Assembly: GCA_963699255.1 (NCBI GenBank) | Contig: OY969425.1 | Location: 900,001 to 932,000, forward strand | DNA length: 32,000 nucleotides | Reading direction: 5' to 3' | From: an uncultured bacterium | GTDB taxonomy: Bacteria; Margulisbacteria; WOR-1; CAVSGV01 | Shown here: piece after piece, positions 1 through 9,200 of the stretch | Layout of the letters: every line of letters starts with the position of its first letter | How positions within the stretch are numbered: the stretch's first letter is position 1 | Program-made: the position numbers and the translations under genes | The notes under the pieces: model-generated | Seen by the model: the letters and a program-made list of their open reading frames with translations, nothing else | Told to the model about the DNA's origin: nothing | Database searches by the model: none

Positions 1-714
1 GAGGGCGTGCCGTCCGATCGGCAGACGATGCTTTTTTCCGCCACCATGCCGCCGGAGATAATGCGGCTTGCCTCTTCCTATATGAAACTCCCCGTAAGCG
101 TGGAAATAGCAAAGTCAGGCACTCCGGTGGAGAAGGTCGTGCAGGAAATATACATCGTAAGGAACGAGGATAAAAGACTGCTTCTGGAGAAGATCCTTAA
201 TCAGTACCATGGCCCGGTCCTTTTATTCAGCCGGACAAAATACGGAGCGAGCAAGATCGTCAGGTCCGTAAAAGACCTCGGACATTCCGCGGCGGAGATC
301 CATTCGAACCGCTCTTTTTCCCAGCGCCGTGAAGCGCTTGATGGCTTCAAATCGGGAAAATACCGCATACTTGTCGCGACGGATATCGCCGCGAGAGGCA
401 TTGACGTGAAGGGAATAGAGATCGTGCTTAATTACGATCTTCCGGAGGACCCGGAAAATTATATCCACAGGATAGGCCGAACGGGCCGCGCCGGGCATGA
501 AGGCAGGGCGATATCTTTCGCGATGCCCGACCAGGGCGGCGATGTAAAGAACATCGAGCGCCTTATGAGAAAGGTGCTTCCCATTTCCAAGCACCCTGAT
601 GTCCCTGCTGCCGATTTCTACGGGGTTTTCACCACAAAACCACGCCCCACAGGCTTCGCTTACAGAGGAATGAGGCACCAGACATCCAGCCGCAGAGGAT
701 TTAGAAGAAGATAG
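1..714 (+). CDS. DEAD-box ATP-dependent RNA helicase, C-terminal part (5' end outside the window)
   Basis: Frame 1 is open from base 1, so the GTG at 7 is only the first in-window start. The translation has motif III (LFSATMP), the helicase C domain (ILVATDIAARGIDV) and motif VI (HRIGRTGRAG). It ends in a basic R/G tail (SSRRGFRRR), as in RhlE-type helicases. Confidence 0.88.
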   Translation, partial: EGVPSDRQTMLFSATMPPEIMRLASSYMKLPVSVEIAKSGTPVEKVVQEIYIVRNEDKRLLLEKILNQYHGPVLLFSRTKYGASKIVRSVKDLGHSAAEIHSNRSFSQRREALDGFKSGKYRILVATDIAARGIDVKGIEIVLNYDLPEDPENYIHRIGRTGRAGHEGRAISFAMPDQGGDVKNIERLMRKVLPISKHPDVPAADFYGVFTTKPRPTGFAYRGMRHQTSSRRGFRRR

Positions 715-745
715 ACAGAGAAATAGCCCCGCCTCTTCTGCTATA

Positions 746-2575
746 ATGTCAACAATGCAAAAAATAATAAATATCGCGATAATCGCGCACGTTGACCACG
801 GAAAAACGACACTTACCGACCACCTGCTCCGACAGGGCGGGGCTTTCGGGGCGCGGGAAGAGGTCGGCGAGCTTGTGATGGACTCGAACGAGCTCGAAAA
901 AGAACGCGGGATAACGATATTTTCAAAGAACTGCTCGATCCATTACAAAGGCTGCAAAATAAATATTGTGGATACTCCCGGCCACGCGGATTTCGGCAGC
1001 GAAGTGGAGCGCGTCCTGAAAATGGTGGACAGCGTCCTTCTTCTTGTGGACGCAAAGGAAGGCCCCATGCCGCAGACAAAATTCGTGCTTTCAAAATCGC
1101 TCAAACTCTGGCTCAAGCCGATAGTTGTGATAAACAAGATAGATAAGGTGGGACACAGGGCCGAGAAAGTGGTGGACATGGTATTCGATCTCTTCGTAAA
1201 GCTTGACGCGAACGACCAGCAGCTGGACTTTCCCGTTGTTTACGCCATCTCAAGGCAGGGCATCGCGAAATATCACATCGATGACGATTCAAATGACCTG
1301 ACACCTCTTTTTGAAACGATCCTCAAGCACGTTGCCCCCTACCCCGACAGGAGCAATGAAGTCCTCCAGATGCAGGTCACCAATCTCGCTTACGACGATT
1401 ACGTCGGCCGCATAGCGATAGGCCGCGTAACAAGCGGAAAGCTTGATAAGCGGTCGAAAGTGGCCGTCTGCAGGAGAAGCGGCGCGATAGATGAGGCTGT
1501 TATCACCAAACTCTCGATATATGAAGGGCTTAAAAAAGTCGAAGTGGATGAAGCGCAGTGCGGAGACATAGCGGCGGTCGCCGGGATAGAGAACATAACG
1601 ATAGGCGAAACCATATCCTCCCCGGAGAATCCCAGGCCGATGACGCTCCTTGAAATAGACGAGCCCACCCTCACAATGGAGTTCATAGTGAATAATTCCC
1701 CCTTTGCGGGGCGGGAAGGAAAATACGTCACGACAAGACACCTTAAGGAGCGCCTCACGAAGGAACTGGAGACGAATGTGGGTTTGAAGCTTGAACCGCT
1801 CGGCAGCAGCGGCGAGGGTTTCAAGGTGTCCGGCAGAGGCGAGCTGCATCTTTCCATACTTCTCGAGCAGATGAGGCGGGAAGGTTACGAGATCCAGGTT
1901 TCGCAGCCGAAGGTCATCTTCAAGACGGTGCACAGCGAAAAGATGGAGCCGATGGAACAGGCCGTTATCCAGGTGCCGGAAGAATTCGCGGGCATAGTGA
2001 TCGAAAAGCTCGGCCGTCGGCGAGGGGAAATGATGGAAATGTCCTCAAAGAACGGGACGACCACGCTCGTTTACCTGGTCCCTACCCGCGGGCTGCTCGG
2101 GTTCCGCGGCGAGTTCATAATGGACACAAAGGGCGAAGGCATACTCACACACGCGTTCTCAAAATACGAAAGATATAAAGGCGAGATAACGAAACGCCAG
2201 AACGGCTCGCTTATTTCTTCCAACGCCGGGAGAAGCGCCTCCTACGGCCTGGCGCACATTCAGGAAAGAGGCCGGCTCTTCATCGGACCGGGTGTACAGG
2301 TATACGAAGGCATGGTAGTGGGAGAGAACTCAAGACTGCAGGACATGCCTGTGAACCCGACAAAGGAGAAAAAACAGACCAACATAAGGGCTTCCAGCGC
2401 TGACATCGCGATAAAGCTTACCCCGCCGATATTAATGACCCTTGAGCAGGCGCTTGAATTCATTAATGACGACGAACTTGTTGAAATAACACCGAAGAAC
2501 ATCCGTCTTAGAAAGAGGTTCCTCACCGAGAACGAGAGAGCAAGGAATAAAGAAAAAGCCGGCGAGAATAAATGA
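746..2575 (+). CDS. typA: translational GTPase TypA/BipA
   Basis: 609 aa. GTPase motifs are present: G1 AIIAHVDHGKTTL, G3 DTPGHADFG and G4 NKIDK. The EF-G-like domain order and the C-terminal region match TypA. The start could instead be the ATG at 755 (MQKIINIAII...). Confidence 0.92.
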   Translation: MSTMQKIINIAIIAHVDHGKTTLTDHLLRQGGAFGAREEVGELVMDSNELEKERGITIFSKNCSIHYKGCKINIVDTPGHADFGSEVERVLKMVDSVLLLVDAKEGPMPQTKFVLSKSLKLWLKPIVVINKIDKVGHRAEKVVDMVFDLFVKLDANDQQLDFPVVYAISRQGIAKYHIDDDSNDLTPLFETILKHVAPYPDRSNEVLQMQVTNLAYDDYVGRIAIGRVTSGKLDKRSKVAVCRRSGAIDEAVITKLSIYEGLKKVEVDEAQCGDIAAVAGIENITIGETISSPENPRPMTLLEIDEPTLTMEFIVNNSPFAGREGKYVTTRHLKERLTKELETNVGLKLEPLGSSGEGFKVSGRGELHLSILLEQMRREGYEIQVSQPKVIFKTVHSEKMEPMEQAVIQVPEEFAGIVIEKLGRRRGEMMEMSSKNGTTTLVYLVPTRGLLGFRGEFIMDTKGEGILTHAFSKYERYKGEITKRQNGSLISSNAGRSASYGLAHIQERGRLFIGPGVQVYEGMVVGENSRLQDMPVNPTKEKKQTNIRASSADIAIKLTPPILMTLEQALEFINDDELVEITPKNIRLRKRFLTENERARNKEKAGENK

Positions 2576-3540
2576 ACAATGTTTGGAAGAGTCTTGATCA
2601 TGACCGGATCTTCGCAGCCGTGGAAAAAGCTCTCGGGGCGGAGCTAAGCGGCCTTCTGATCCAGCGCAACAGCTACATCAACCGCGTCTACGAAGTGGAG
2701 AGAGCCGAAGACCTGGAACGGTCAATAGTTAAATTCTACCGCCCCGGAAGATGGACAAAGGAACAGATCCTGGAAGAACACTCGTTCTTAAAAGCACTCA
2801 GGTCCAAAGACATCCCTGTAATACCTCCTATCGAGGTCAAAGGTAATACGCTTTTCTCATTGGACGGGATCCTTTTCTGCATATTCCCGAAAAAAGGCGG
2901 GCGCTCCGTTGACGAATTCGACAAGGAGGCCTGGCAGAACATAGGCAGGCACCTCTCACGTATCCATTCTGAAGGCGCGACCCGAAAAAAATCAAAAAGG
3001 ATATTGTGGCGGCCCGCTAAAGCGACAAAACACCATCTCGACGTCTTGCTTTCATCGGGGCTGATGCCGCCGGAATTCAAGGACGGTCTGCGAAGAACGG
3101 CCGGGCTGTTCATTAAAAAGTATGATCCTTCATTTGAAGACGCGTCGCTGATACTTATCCACGGCGACTGCCACAAAGGCAACCTTATATCAAGGCCCGG
3201 CGAAGGGATATTCCTTATCGACTTTGACGACATGTGCGTGGGACCGGCGGTACAGGACCTCTGGATGCTGTTACCGGGCAGTGTCGACGACCATCGTCGG
3301 GAGCTCAGCTGGTTCCTTGAAGGCTATGAAACTTTCAGGCGGTTCGATATGCCCTCGTTAAAACTGATCCCCGCGCTCAGGGGAATGCGCCTCATCCATT
3401 ACGCGGCATGGCTCTCCATACAGAAAGACGATCCGCATTTCGACAGGCATTTTTCCGAAACGAGGGCCCCCAGATACTGGAACGAGCTGGTAAAAGAGCT
3501 GCAGGGCATTGTGTATGAAGGCAGCGGGGATATTACTTGA
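2572..3540 (+). CDS. srkA: SrkA/RdoA (YihE)-family stress-response Ser/Thr kinase (aminoglycoside-phosphotransferase fold)
   Basis: 322 aa. It has the catalytic loop HGDCHKGNLI, the metal-binding IDFDD, and GPAVQDLWMLL, which is close to E. coli YihE as I recall it. Its ATG overlaps the typA stop (ATGA). Confidence 0.75.
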   Translation: MNNVWKSLDHDRIFAAVEKALGAELSGLLIQRNSYINRVYEVERAEDLERSIVKFYRPGRWTKEQILEEHSFLKALRSKDIPVIPPIEVKGNTLFSLDGILFCIFPKKGGRSVDEFDKEAWQNIGRHLSRIHSEGATRKKSKRILWRPAKATKHHLDVLLSSGLMPPEFKDGLRRTAGLFIKKYDPSFEDASLILIHGDCHKGNLISRPGEGIFLIDFDDMCVGPAVQDLWMLLPGSVDDHRRELSWFLEGYETFRRFDMPSLKLIPALRGMRLIHYAAWLSIQKDDPHFDRHFSETRAPRYWNELVKELQGIVYEGSGDIT

Positions 3541-3564
3541 TGCTGTTAGCTGAGAAAAAGAACA

Positions 3565-4986
3565 TCAGGCGATCATCGCGATGTCCACGACCATTTTGCC
3601 GTCCTCTATGGCCCTGAAAATGGCCGCGTCACACGTTTTCATCGCCTTTCTCGGGTTCCCTCCGCTTACTTCATAAATTTTCTCAAGAACATTATCTCCA
3701 AAGGGCCCGAAATCAGATCCGCCGGCATCCGCGATGCGCTTCATGATCAGTTTTTTAAAATCTGCCAGCTGGAGCTTTTCAAGCGTAATGTCAAGAACGA
3801 CCCTTTCAAATAAAGCTTTGATCTCCTTTTGAAATTTTTCTCTCGTTTCCGGGATCCCGGCTATAATTAAGTTGACCTCATCCAGATCTCCCAATGTCCG
3901 CAAAGGCTGCTCCACTTCCGGGGCAAGTTCATGGGCTTCGTCGATCAAAAGAAGGACATTTTTTCTCAGCTTTTTTAAATGCCTGCCGACGCTGTAAATA
4001 TTCCTGTGTTCATGCTGTATTCTTAATCCCGTTCTCAAAACGATCAGGTCGATCAACTCGTTGATCTCTCTCGGCGGTCTGGGCACATAAATGGCGAAGA
4101 AATTCTGCGAGAACCGCCTCTCAAGCCATCTAAGCAGTGTTGTTTTTCCTGTCCCGAAACCTCCTGTGATTATTATATGGCCGCTCCTTGCGGTGACTTT
4201 TTCGATCACTTTGCTCGCGACATCCTCATAGCCTGTGAAAAGCTGCGGCAAAATATCCAGCGTGAACGGGTTCTTCTTCCACCCATAGTAGCTGTACCAT
4301 TTCCTTATCCGCTCCCCTGCCTTTTCCACCTCAGAAATTTTGCTTCCGCACGCATAGCAAAACTCCGATCCTGTGCTGTTCCTTGCGCCGCAGATCGGGC
4401 AGACCCTGTATCTTTTATTGATCAAAAGGACAGTTAAAAATATTAAAATAAGCAATCCTAATAAGCCAAGTAAGATATCCAGGTTTTCCATTATCCGGCT
4501 TCTTACAATGTCCGCAAGAGATCCGGCCTGCCCGGTTTCAACGGCGGATCCCTCTATTACGGCAGGAGCAGGCACAGCCTCCTGTGTTACAACTGATCCC
4601 TTTGCCGCAACAGGCGCCCCCATCCCCATGACCGCTTCCACTTTTACATGATGAGGTACAGCGGAAACCGCCGGCCTACGCACCTTTGCTTTTATTTTGA
4701 CTATGCGCGGGGAAACTTTGGATTTTCGGATGTTTTTTTTCACAGCGGGCAAAGGCGTTTCTTTAGGGCTCTGTTTGGTCATCTCCTGCAGCAAAGCCTT
4801 GCTCTTCTGGTGCGCGGGATCAAGCAATAAAGCATGATCAAGATCATTTTTTGCGCTTTCTATGTCCCCGAACAAATATTTGCTGACAGCCGAATTATAG
4901 TAATCATCCGCCGTAACGGCAAAAGAGGTGCCGCATAAAACACAAATACTTATAAACAATAGTAAGGCAAAAAATATTTTTCGCAT
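3565..4986 (-). CDS. membrane-spanning ExeA/GspA/MshM-like AAA ATPase with N-terminal signal peptide + TPR-like region, one TM helix and a zinc ribbon
   Basis: 473 aa. Residues 1-23 look like a signal peptide (..CGTSFA/VT). Residues ~25-70 form a TPR-like helix pair (FGDIESAKNDLDHALLLDPAHQKSKA). Residues ~75-165 are a P/A/V/K-rich linker. The TM helix at 168-189 (LDILLGLLGLLILIFLTVLLI) is followed by KRYR. The zinc ribbon is CPICG-x10-CYACG (196-215). The ExeA-type entry NPFTLD..LF is followed by Walker A GGFGTGKTT and Walker B LLLIDEAH. The gene starts 8 nt after the upstream gene's stop. Confidence 0.7.
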   Translation of the reverse strand: MRKIFFALLLFISICVLCGTSFAVTADDYYNSAVSKYLFGDIESAKNDLDHALLLDPAHQKSKALLQEMTKQSPKETPLPAVKKNIRKSKVSPRIVKIKAKVRRPAVSAVPHHVKVEAVMGMGAPVAAKGSVVTQEAVPAPAVIEGSAVETGQAGSLADIVRSRIMENLDILLGLLGLLILIFLTVLLINKRYRVCPICGARNSTGSEFCYACGSKISEVEKAGERIRKWYSYYGWKKNPFTLDILPQLFTGYEDVASKVIEKVTARSGHIIITGGFGTGKTTLLRWLERRFSQNFFAIYVPRPPREINELIDLIVLRTGLRIQHEHRNIYSVGRHLKKLRKNVLLLIDEAHELAPEVEQPLRTLGDLDEVNLIIAGIPETREKFQKEIKALFERVVLDITLEKLQLADFKKLIMKRIADAGGSDFGPFGDNVLEKIYEVSGGNPRKAMKTCDAAIFRAIEDGKMVVDIAMIA

Positions 4987-4994
4987 TCGCTTAC

Positions 4995-6287
4995 CTACTT
5001 TCTCTCCACTTTAAGGATCAGCTCCAATTTCTTCTTCAATTCTTTCGCTCCTTGATGTTCCGGATCGATGGAAAGGACCAAATTAACTTCCTCCAAAGCC
5101 TTGTCATATTGTCTGGCTGAAACATACTTCATGGCTCCTTCAATATGGTCCTTCATTTCACTTTTCTTATCTGTCACAGAAACCACGGTCACCGCCGCTT
5201 CTTTTCCCTTTAGCTTGGCAAGAGCTTCTCCCCGCGCCTGGATTTCCAGTTCAAGCTGGGACTGTTGCAACAGAAGCTGCGCCTCGGCATTATCAGGATC
5301 GATGTCCAGAGCCCTTCCGAATCTTATTATAGCTTTGGAATATTCTTTTTCATTAAGCGATGTTTTCCCGTCGGCTATTTCCTCTGCGATCATTGCCCTT
5401 CTTTGCTCAGGCGCCCCAAAGAGAAGGCTAATGCTGAATTGATGAGCTGCCCCCAGATCATCGCTCGCAATATACGCGTAATCAAATTCAAAAAGCCCGA
5501 CAAGAAGCCCGAACCCGACACTGGGAAAAGTCCCGTTGTATCCGGCCCTTAGAGCGAGCATGCCTTTGATCCAGTATTCAGCCCCGCCGCAGAACTTTGT
5601 CCCGTCGACATCAGAAACGGCATCGGCCGCAAAATTGACCCTGTCATTTAACACCAAGGCCCTATAGAAAACTCCGGCCCTATAAGATGTTGGAAGCGGC
5701 GTATTCTCTGAAACATACTTTAAACCCGAGCCCACATTCAAAACTGACAATCCAAAAGCCAGATCCGGATCCAGTTGATAGCAGACGCCCGCGTCAAAAG
5801 CTACGGTACTGGCTGTGTATGAGTCCAGCTTATCCGAAATAAGCTTTGTCCCGATCCCCAGGCTTAGGTTTTGGTCAAACTTTCTCGCAAACACAAGTGA
5901 AAAACTGGATGAATTCGTGTCAAAGTCGGACGTATAAGCGCCGCTGTTGTCATACCCTTCAATATTACCCGACATAAGGGTGGAATAGCCGCAGCCCACT
6001 ACCCCGTAATCCGTAGGTATCGCAAAGCTGCCAAGATACTGGGTCATTTCGGCAAAGTGCTGGTTCTGCATCACCATCGCCTCAGGAAAGGTCAAGCGCG
6101 CGAGTCCGGCGGGATTAAAAAATACTGCCGAAGAATCGCCGGGCTGTGCCGAGTATGCCCCTCCCATGGCAAGCGGCCTGGCTCCGCCGAAAAGGTTCAG
6201 GAAGTCGCCGCCGTAACTGCCGCCGGCCGCCGCGAAAGCGGGCACTGTCAATAAGAATACCATTAAAGCGCAAAGCATCGCCTTCAT
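4995..6287 (-). CDS. PorV/PorQ-like outer-membrane beta-barrel protein with a 140-aa C-terminal TPR/coiled-coil extension
   Basis: 430 aa. It has a signal peptide (MKAMLCALMVFLLTVPAFA/AAG). The mature N-terminus GGARPLAMGGAYSAQPGDSSAVFFNPAGLARL carries the motif I associate with PorV/PorQ-family barrels. Amphipathic strand patterns run up to ..AHQFSISLLF. Two TPR-like units follow (..ALDIDPDNAEAQ.., ..LVLSIDPEHQGAKE..). The ATG overlaps the stop of the upstream giant gene (ATGA). Confidence 0.55.
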   Translation of the reverse strand: MKAMLCALMVFLLTVPAFAAAGGSYGGDFLNLFGGARPLAMGGAYSAQPGDSSAVFFNPAGLARLTFPEAMVMQNQHFAEMTQYLGSFAIPTDYGVVGCGYSTLMSGNIEGYDNSGAYTSDFDTNSSSFSLVFARKFDQNLSLGIGTKLISDKLDSYTASTVAFDAGVCYQLDPDLAFGLSVLNVGSGLKYVSENTPLPTSYRAGVFYRALVLNDRVNFAADAVSDVDGTKFCGGAEYWIKGMLALRAGYNGTFPSVGFGLLVGLFEFDYAYIASDDLGAAHQFSISLLFGAPEQRRAMIAEEIADGKTSLNEKEYSKAIIRFGRALDIDPDNAEAQLLLQQSQLELEIQARGEALAKLKGKEAAVTVVSVTDKKSEMKDHIEGAMKYVSARQYDKALEEVNLVLSIDPEHQGAKELKKKLELILKVERK

Positions 6288-9200
6288 CTTATAACTACCA
6301 GCTTGCCGGTCTTCGTATCATTGGAGCTCCTGATAACATATAAATATATGCCGCTCCTTAATTGTTCGTTGGAATCGTTCTCGACGTTCCAGACGTTCTG
6401 GCCGTCGCCGTCGTTTTCCTGGATGGTCTTGACCAGCTGGCCCGATACTGTGAATATCTTGATCGTGCATGACGTAGCCAGGTTCGTAAATGTGATGGTA
6501 GTGTGCCCTTCAGAAGGAACGAAAGGATTAGGATAAGGATGTGCATTGGATAGACTGGGACTCGGCAGGGACATGAGCACGTAAGTGGAAAAGTGTGGGA
6601 CAGCTGCCGCAAAACATTTTTGGCCTGATATGAGCGAGCTATCCGAAACCTTTACCCATGACGAGTCGGATTCATCCAGCCAGTAAATACTCACATTATG
6701 TATGCTCACAGGCGGCGATGTCCCGTCAATTATACCGTCGTCATTATTATCGGTATATGGGAGGTATATGGTCACCTTTTTCAGGAAATTATTCGTGATC
6801 ATGGCGCCGGTATTATCATAAGCTGCAAATTCGCGGTATGTCCCCGCTATAGGATGGAATGAAGGATTCCCCTGGGATGTGATCTTCGCGTTGGCCGCGA
6901 TGATCTTGGCGGGGTTTACCGCAATGGGAGAGCTCTGCGGATCGATACTGAACTGAACAGAATAGCTCCCGCTTACGGCTCCCGAAGGGAATGCAGCCCT
7001 GGTCTTGCCGTCGCTGGCGGTAAATACATTTGCGGTCCCGCTGTCAGCAATGACCCTGAAATCCCATGACAGCGCGGCTTGAAGAGGATTGCCAGAAGCA
7101 TCACAGGCCTCCGTGGAAATATTCGCCCTGTAAGTATAACCTTTTGTTAAAGGCACTGAAGGAGTGAATACGACCCTGTTACCGATCCAGCTATAGCTGC
7201 CTATTATAGGGATATTAATTGAATTTCCGCTGCTGTCCAAAATGGCTTTTAAGGTAAAGGCGTTTTGAACGGAGCCCGTATCCATAGCGGTGGAAAACTC
7301 AGCGGATACGGTCGCCTCCGGTGTTACGTTCGCGGCTTCGCCTGTCGGCGAGAAAAATGTTATCTGAGGACCTGTCATCGATCCTGTAACATCAAAGGAA
7401 GCTGATACCGCGGTAGATAGTCCGTTAGATCGCGCCTGGAGGGTATAGCCGGTCCCGGCCCTGTTGATCATCACACTTTCAAAGGTCGCGATCCCGCCGG
7501 CAACGATCTTCGTTTTTGTCCCGGTCAGGACCCCTCCCCCCGGATTGTTCTGGATCTCAACGGTGACCATGGAGGTGTTGTTATTTGTGACCGTATTGCC
7601 GTACTGATCCCTGAGCGCGATACGGGGAGCCGGAAATAAGCTGACCCCGGCGGCAGAATCAGCAGGCTGAACCTCAAAAGTGATGTTGCTTGCAGCCGCA
7701 TTCGTGATACTGAAAGCGCTTGAAGCGGCTGACGTTAAACCTTCTGCCGTAACACTTAAAGTATATCCAACTCCAGATTTGTCGATGCTTAAGTTCTCAA
7801 ATGTGGCCACCCCGCCTGAAACCTGTTCCGTCAATGTTCCTGATAATGTCCCGCCGCTGGGGTTACTTTGTATCTCAATGGTCACAACGCTCGTGTTGTC
7901 GGTCGTGACAGGATTTCCGTATTGATCAAGGGTCCTTGCCTCCACTGACGGGGCGATATTTGTGCCTGCGGCAGCGCTCGACGGCTGAACAACGAACCCG
8001 AGCTGACTTGAAGAGGCCGGTGTAATATTAAATGCGCTGGAAGTAACAGGCGTAAGGCCTGATGACGTTGCCTGCAGCGTGTACCCTGTCCCGGACTTGT
8101 CGATGCTTAAGTTCTCAAATGTGGCCACCCCGCCTGAAACTTGTTCCGTCAAGGTGCCCGATAATGTACCGCCACCGGGATTGTTTTGTATCTCAATGGT
8201 GACAACGCTCGTGTTATCAGTTGTAGGATTCCCATATTGATCAAGTGTCTTTACCTCAATTGACGGAGCAATGCTTATTCCCGCGACAGCACTCGATGGC
8301 TGAACAATATAGCCAAGCTGACTTGAAGATGAAGATGTTATGTTAAATGTGCTGGAAGTTGACGATGTTAAACCTTGCGCCTTGACCCTTAAAGTATATC
8401 CAACTCCAGCTTTATCGATGCTTATGCTCTCAAATGTGGCAATACCGCCGGAAACCACTTTAGTCAATGTCCCTGACAATGTCCCCCCGCCAGGGTTGCT
8501 CAGTATCTCAATAGTTACAACGCTCGTGTTGTCAGTCGTGACAGGATTCCCGTATTGATCCAGGGTCTTTACCTCAACTGACGGGGCGATATATATCCCC
8601 GCAACTGCGCTCGTCGGCTGAACAATGTAGCCAAGCTGGCTTGATGATGCTGATATAATATCAAATGCGCTTGATTCAGTCGAAGTTAAGCCTGATGACT
8701 TTGCCTGCAAAGTGTACCCTGTCCCGGACTTGTCGATGCTTAGATTCTCAAATGTGGCCACGCCGCCGGAAACCTGTTTCGTAAAGGTGCCTGATAATGT
8801 CCCGCCGCCGGCGTTATTTTTTATCTCAGCAGTAACAACAGAGGTATTGTCAGTTGTGACCAGATTCCCGTATTGATCAAGGGTCTTTACTTCCACTGAC
8901 GGGGCGATACTTATTCCTGCGACAGCGCTCGAAGGCTGAACAATATAGCCAAGCTGACTTGAAGATGCTGGTGTAATATTAAATGTGTTTGAAGTAGCTG
9001 ATGTTAAGCCAGATGACGTTGCCTGCAGAGTGTACCCTGTCCCGGATTTGTCGATGCTTAGATTCTCAAATGTGGCCACGCCGCCGGAAACCTGTTTCGT
9101 AAAGGTGCCTGATAATGTCCCGCCGCCGGGGTTATTTTGAATGGCAACAGTTATATATGTGGAATTATCGGTCGAGTCAATATTGCTGTTCTGATCCTGG

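Noticed and set aside
742-757. A TATAAT box overlapping the annotated typA ATG (cTATAATGtcaacaATG). This raised the idea of a leaderless typA mRNA starting at the second ATG (755).
   Set aside because: No acceptable -35 lies at the right spacing (agaaat), and a single hexamer is weak evidence. It cannot be decided without 5'-end mapping.
201-3233. ORFs antisense to the helicase, typA and srkA genes: 201..401, 223..678, 813..1094, 943..1179, 1113..1304, 1289..1933, 1399..1857, 2260..2601 and 2736..3233.
   Set aside because: They lie wholly inside well-supported genes on the other strand. Their translations are low-complexity (R/P/S/A-rich) with no motifs. These are typical shadow ORFs of higher-G+C coding DNA.
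3541-3564. I looked for a bidirectional terminator between the convergent srkA and ATPase genes.
   Set aside because: The gap is only 24 nt, and no GC-rich inverted repeat was found there or in the adjacent codons.
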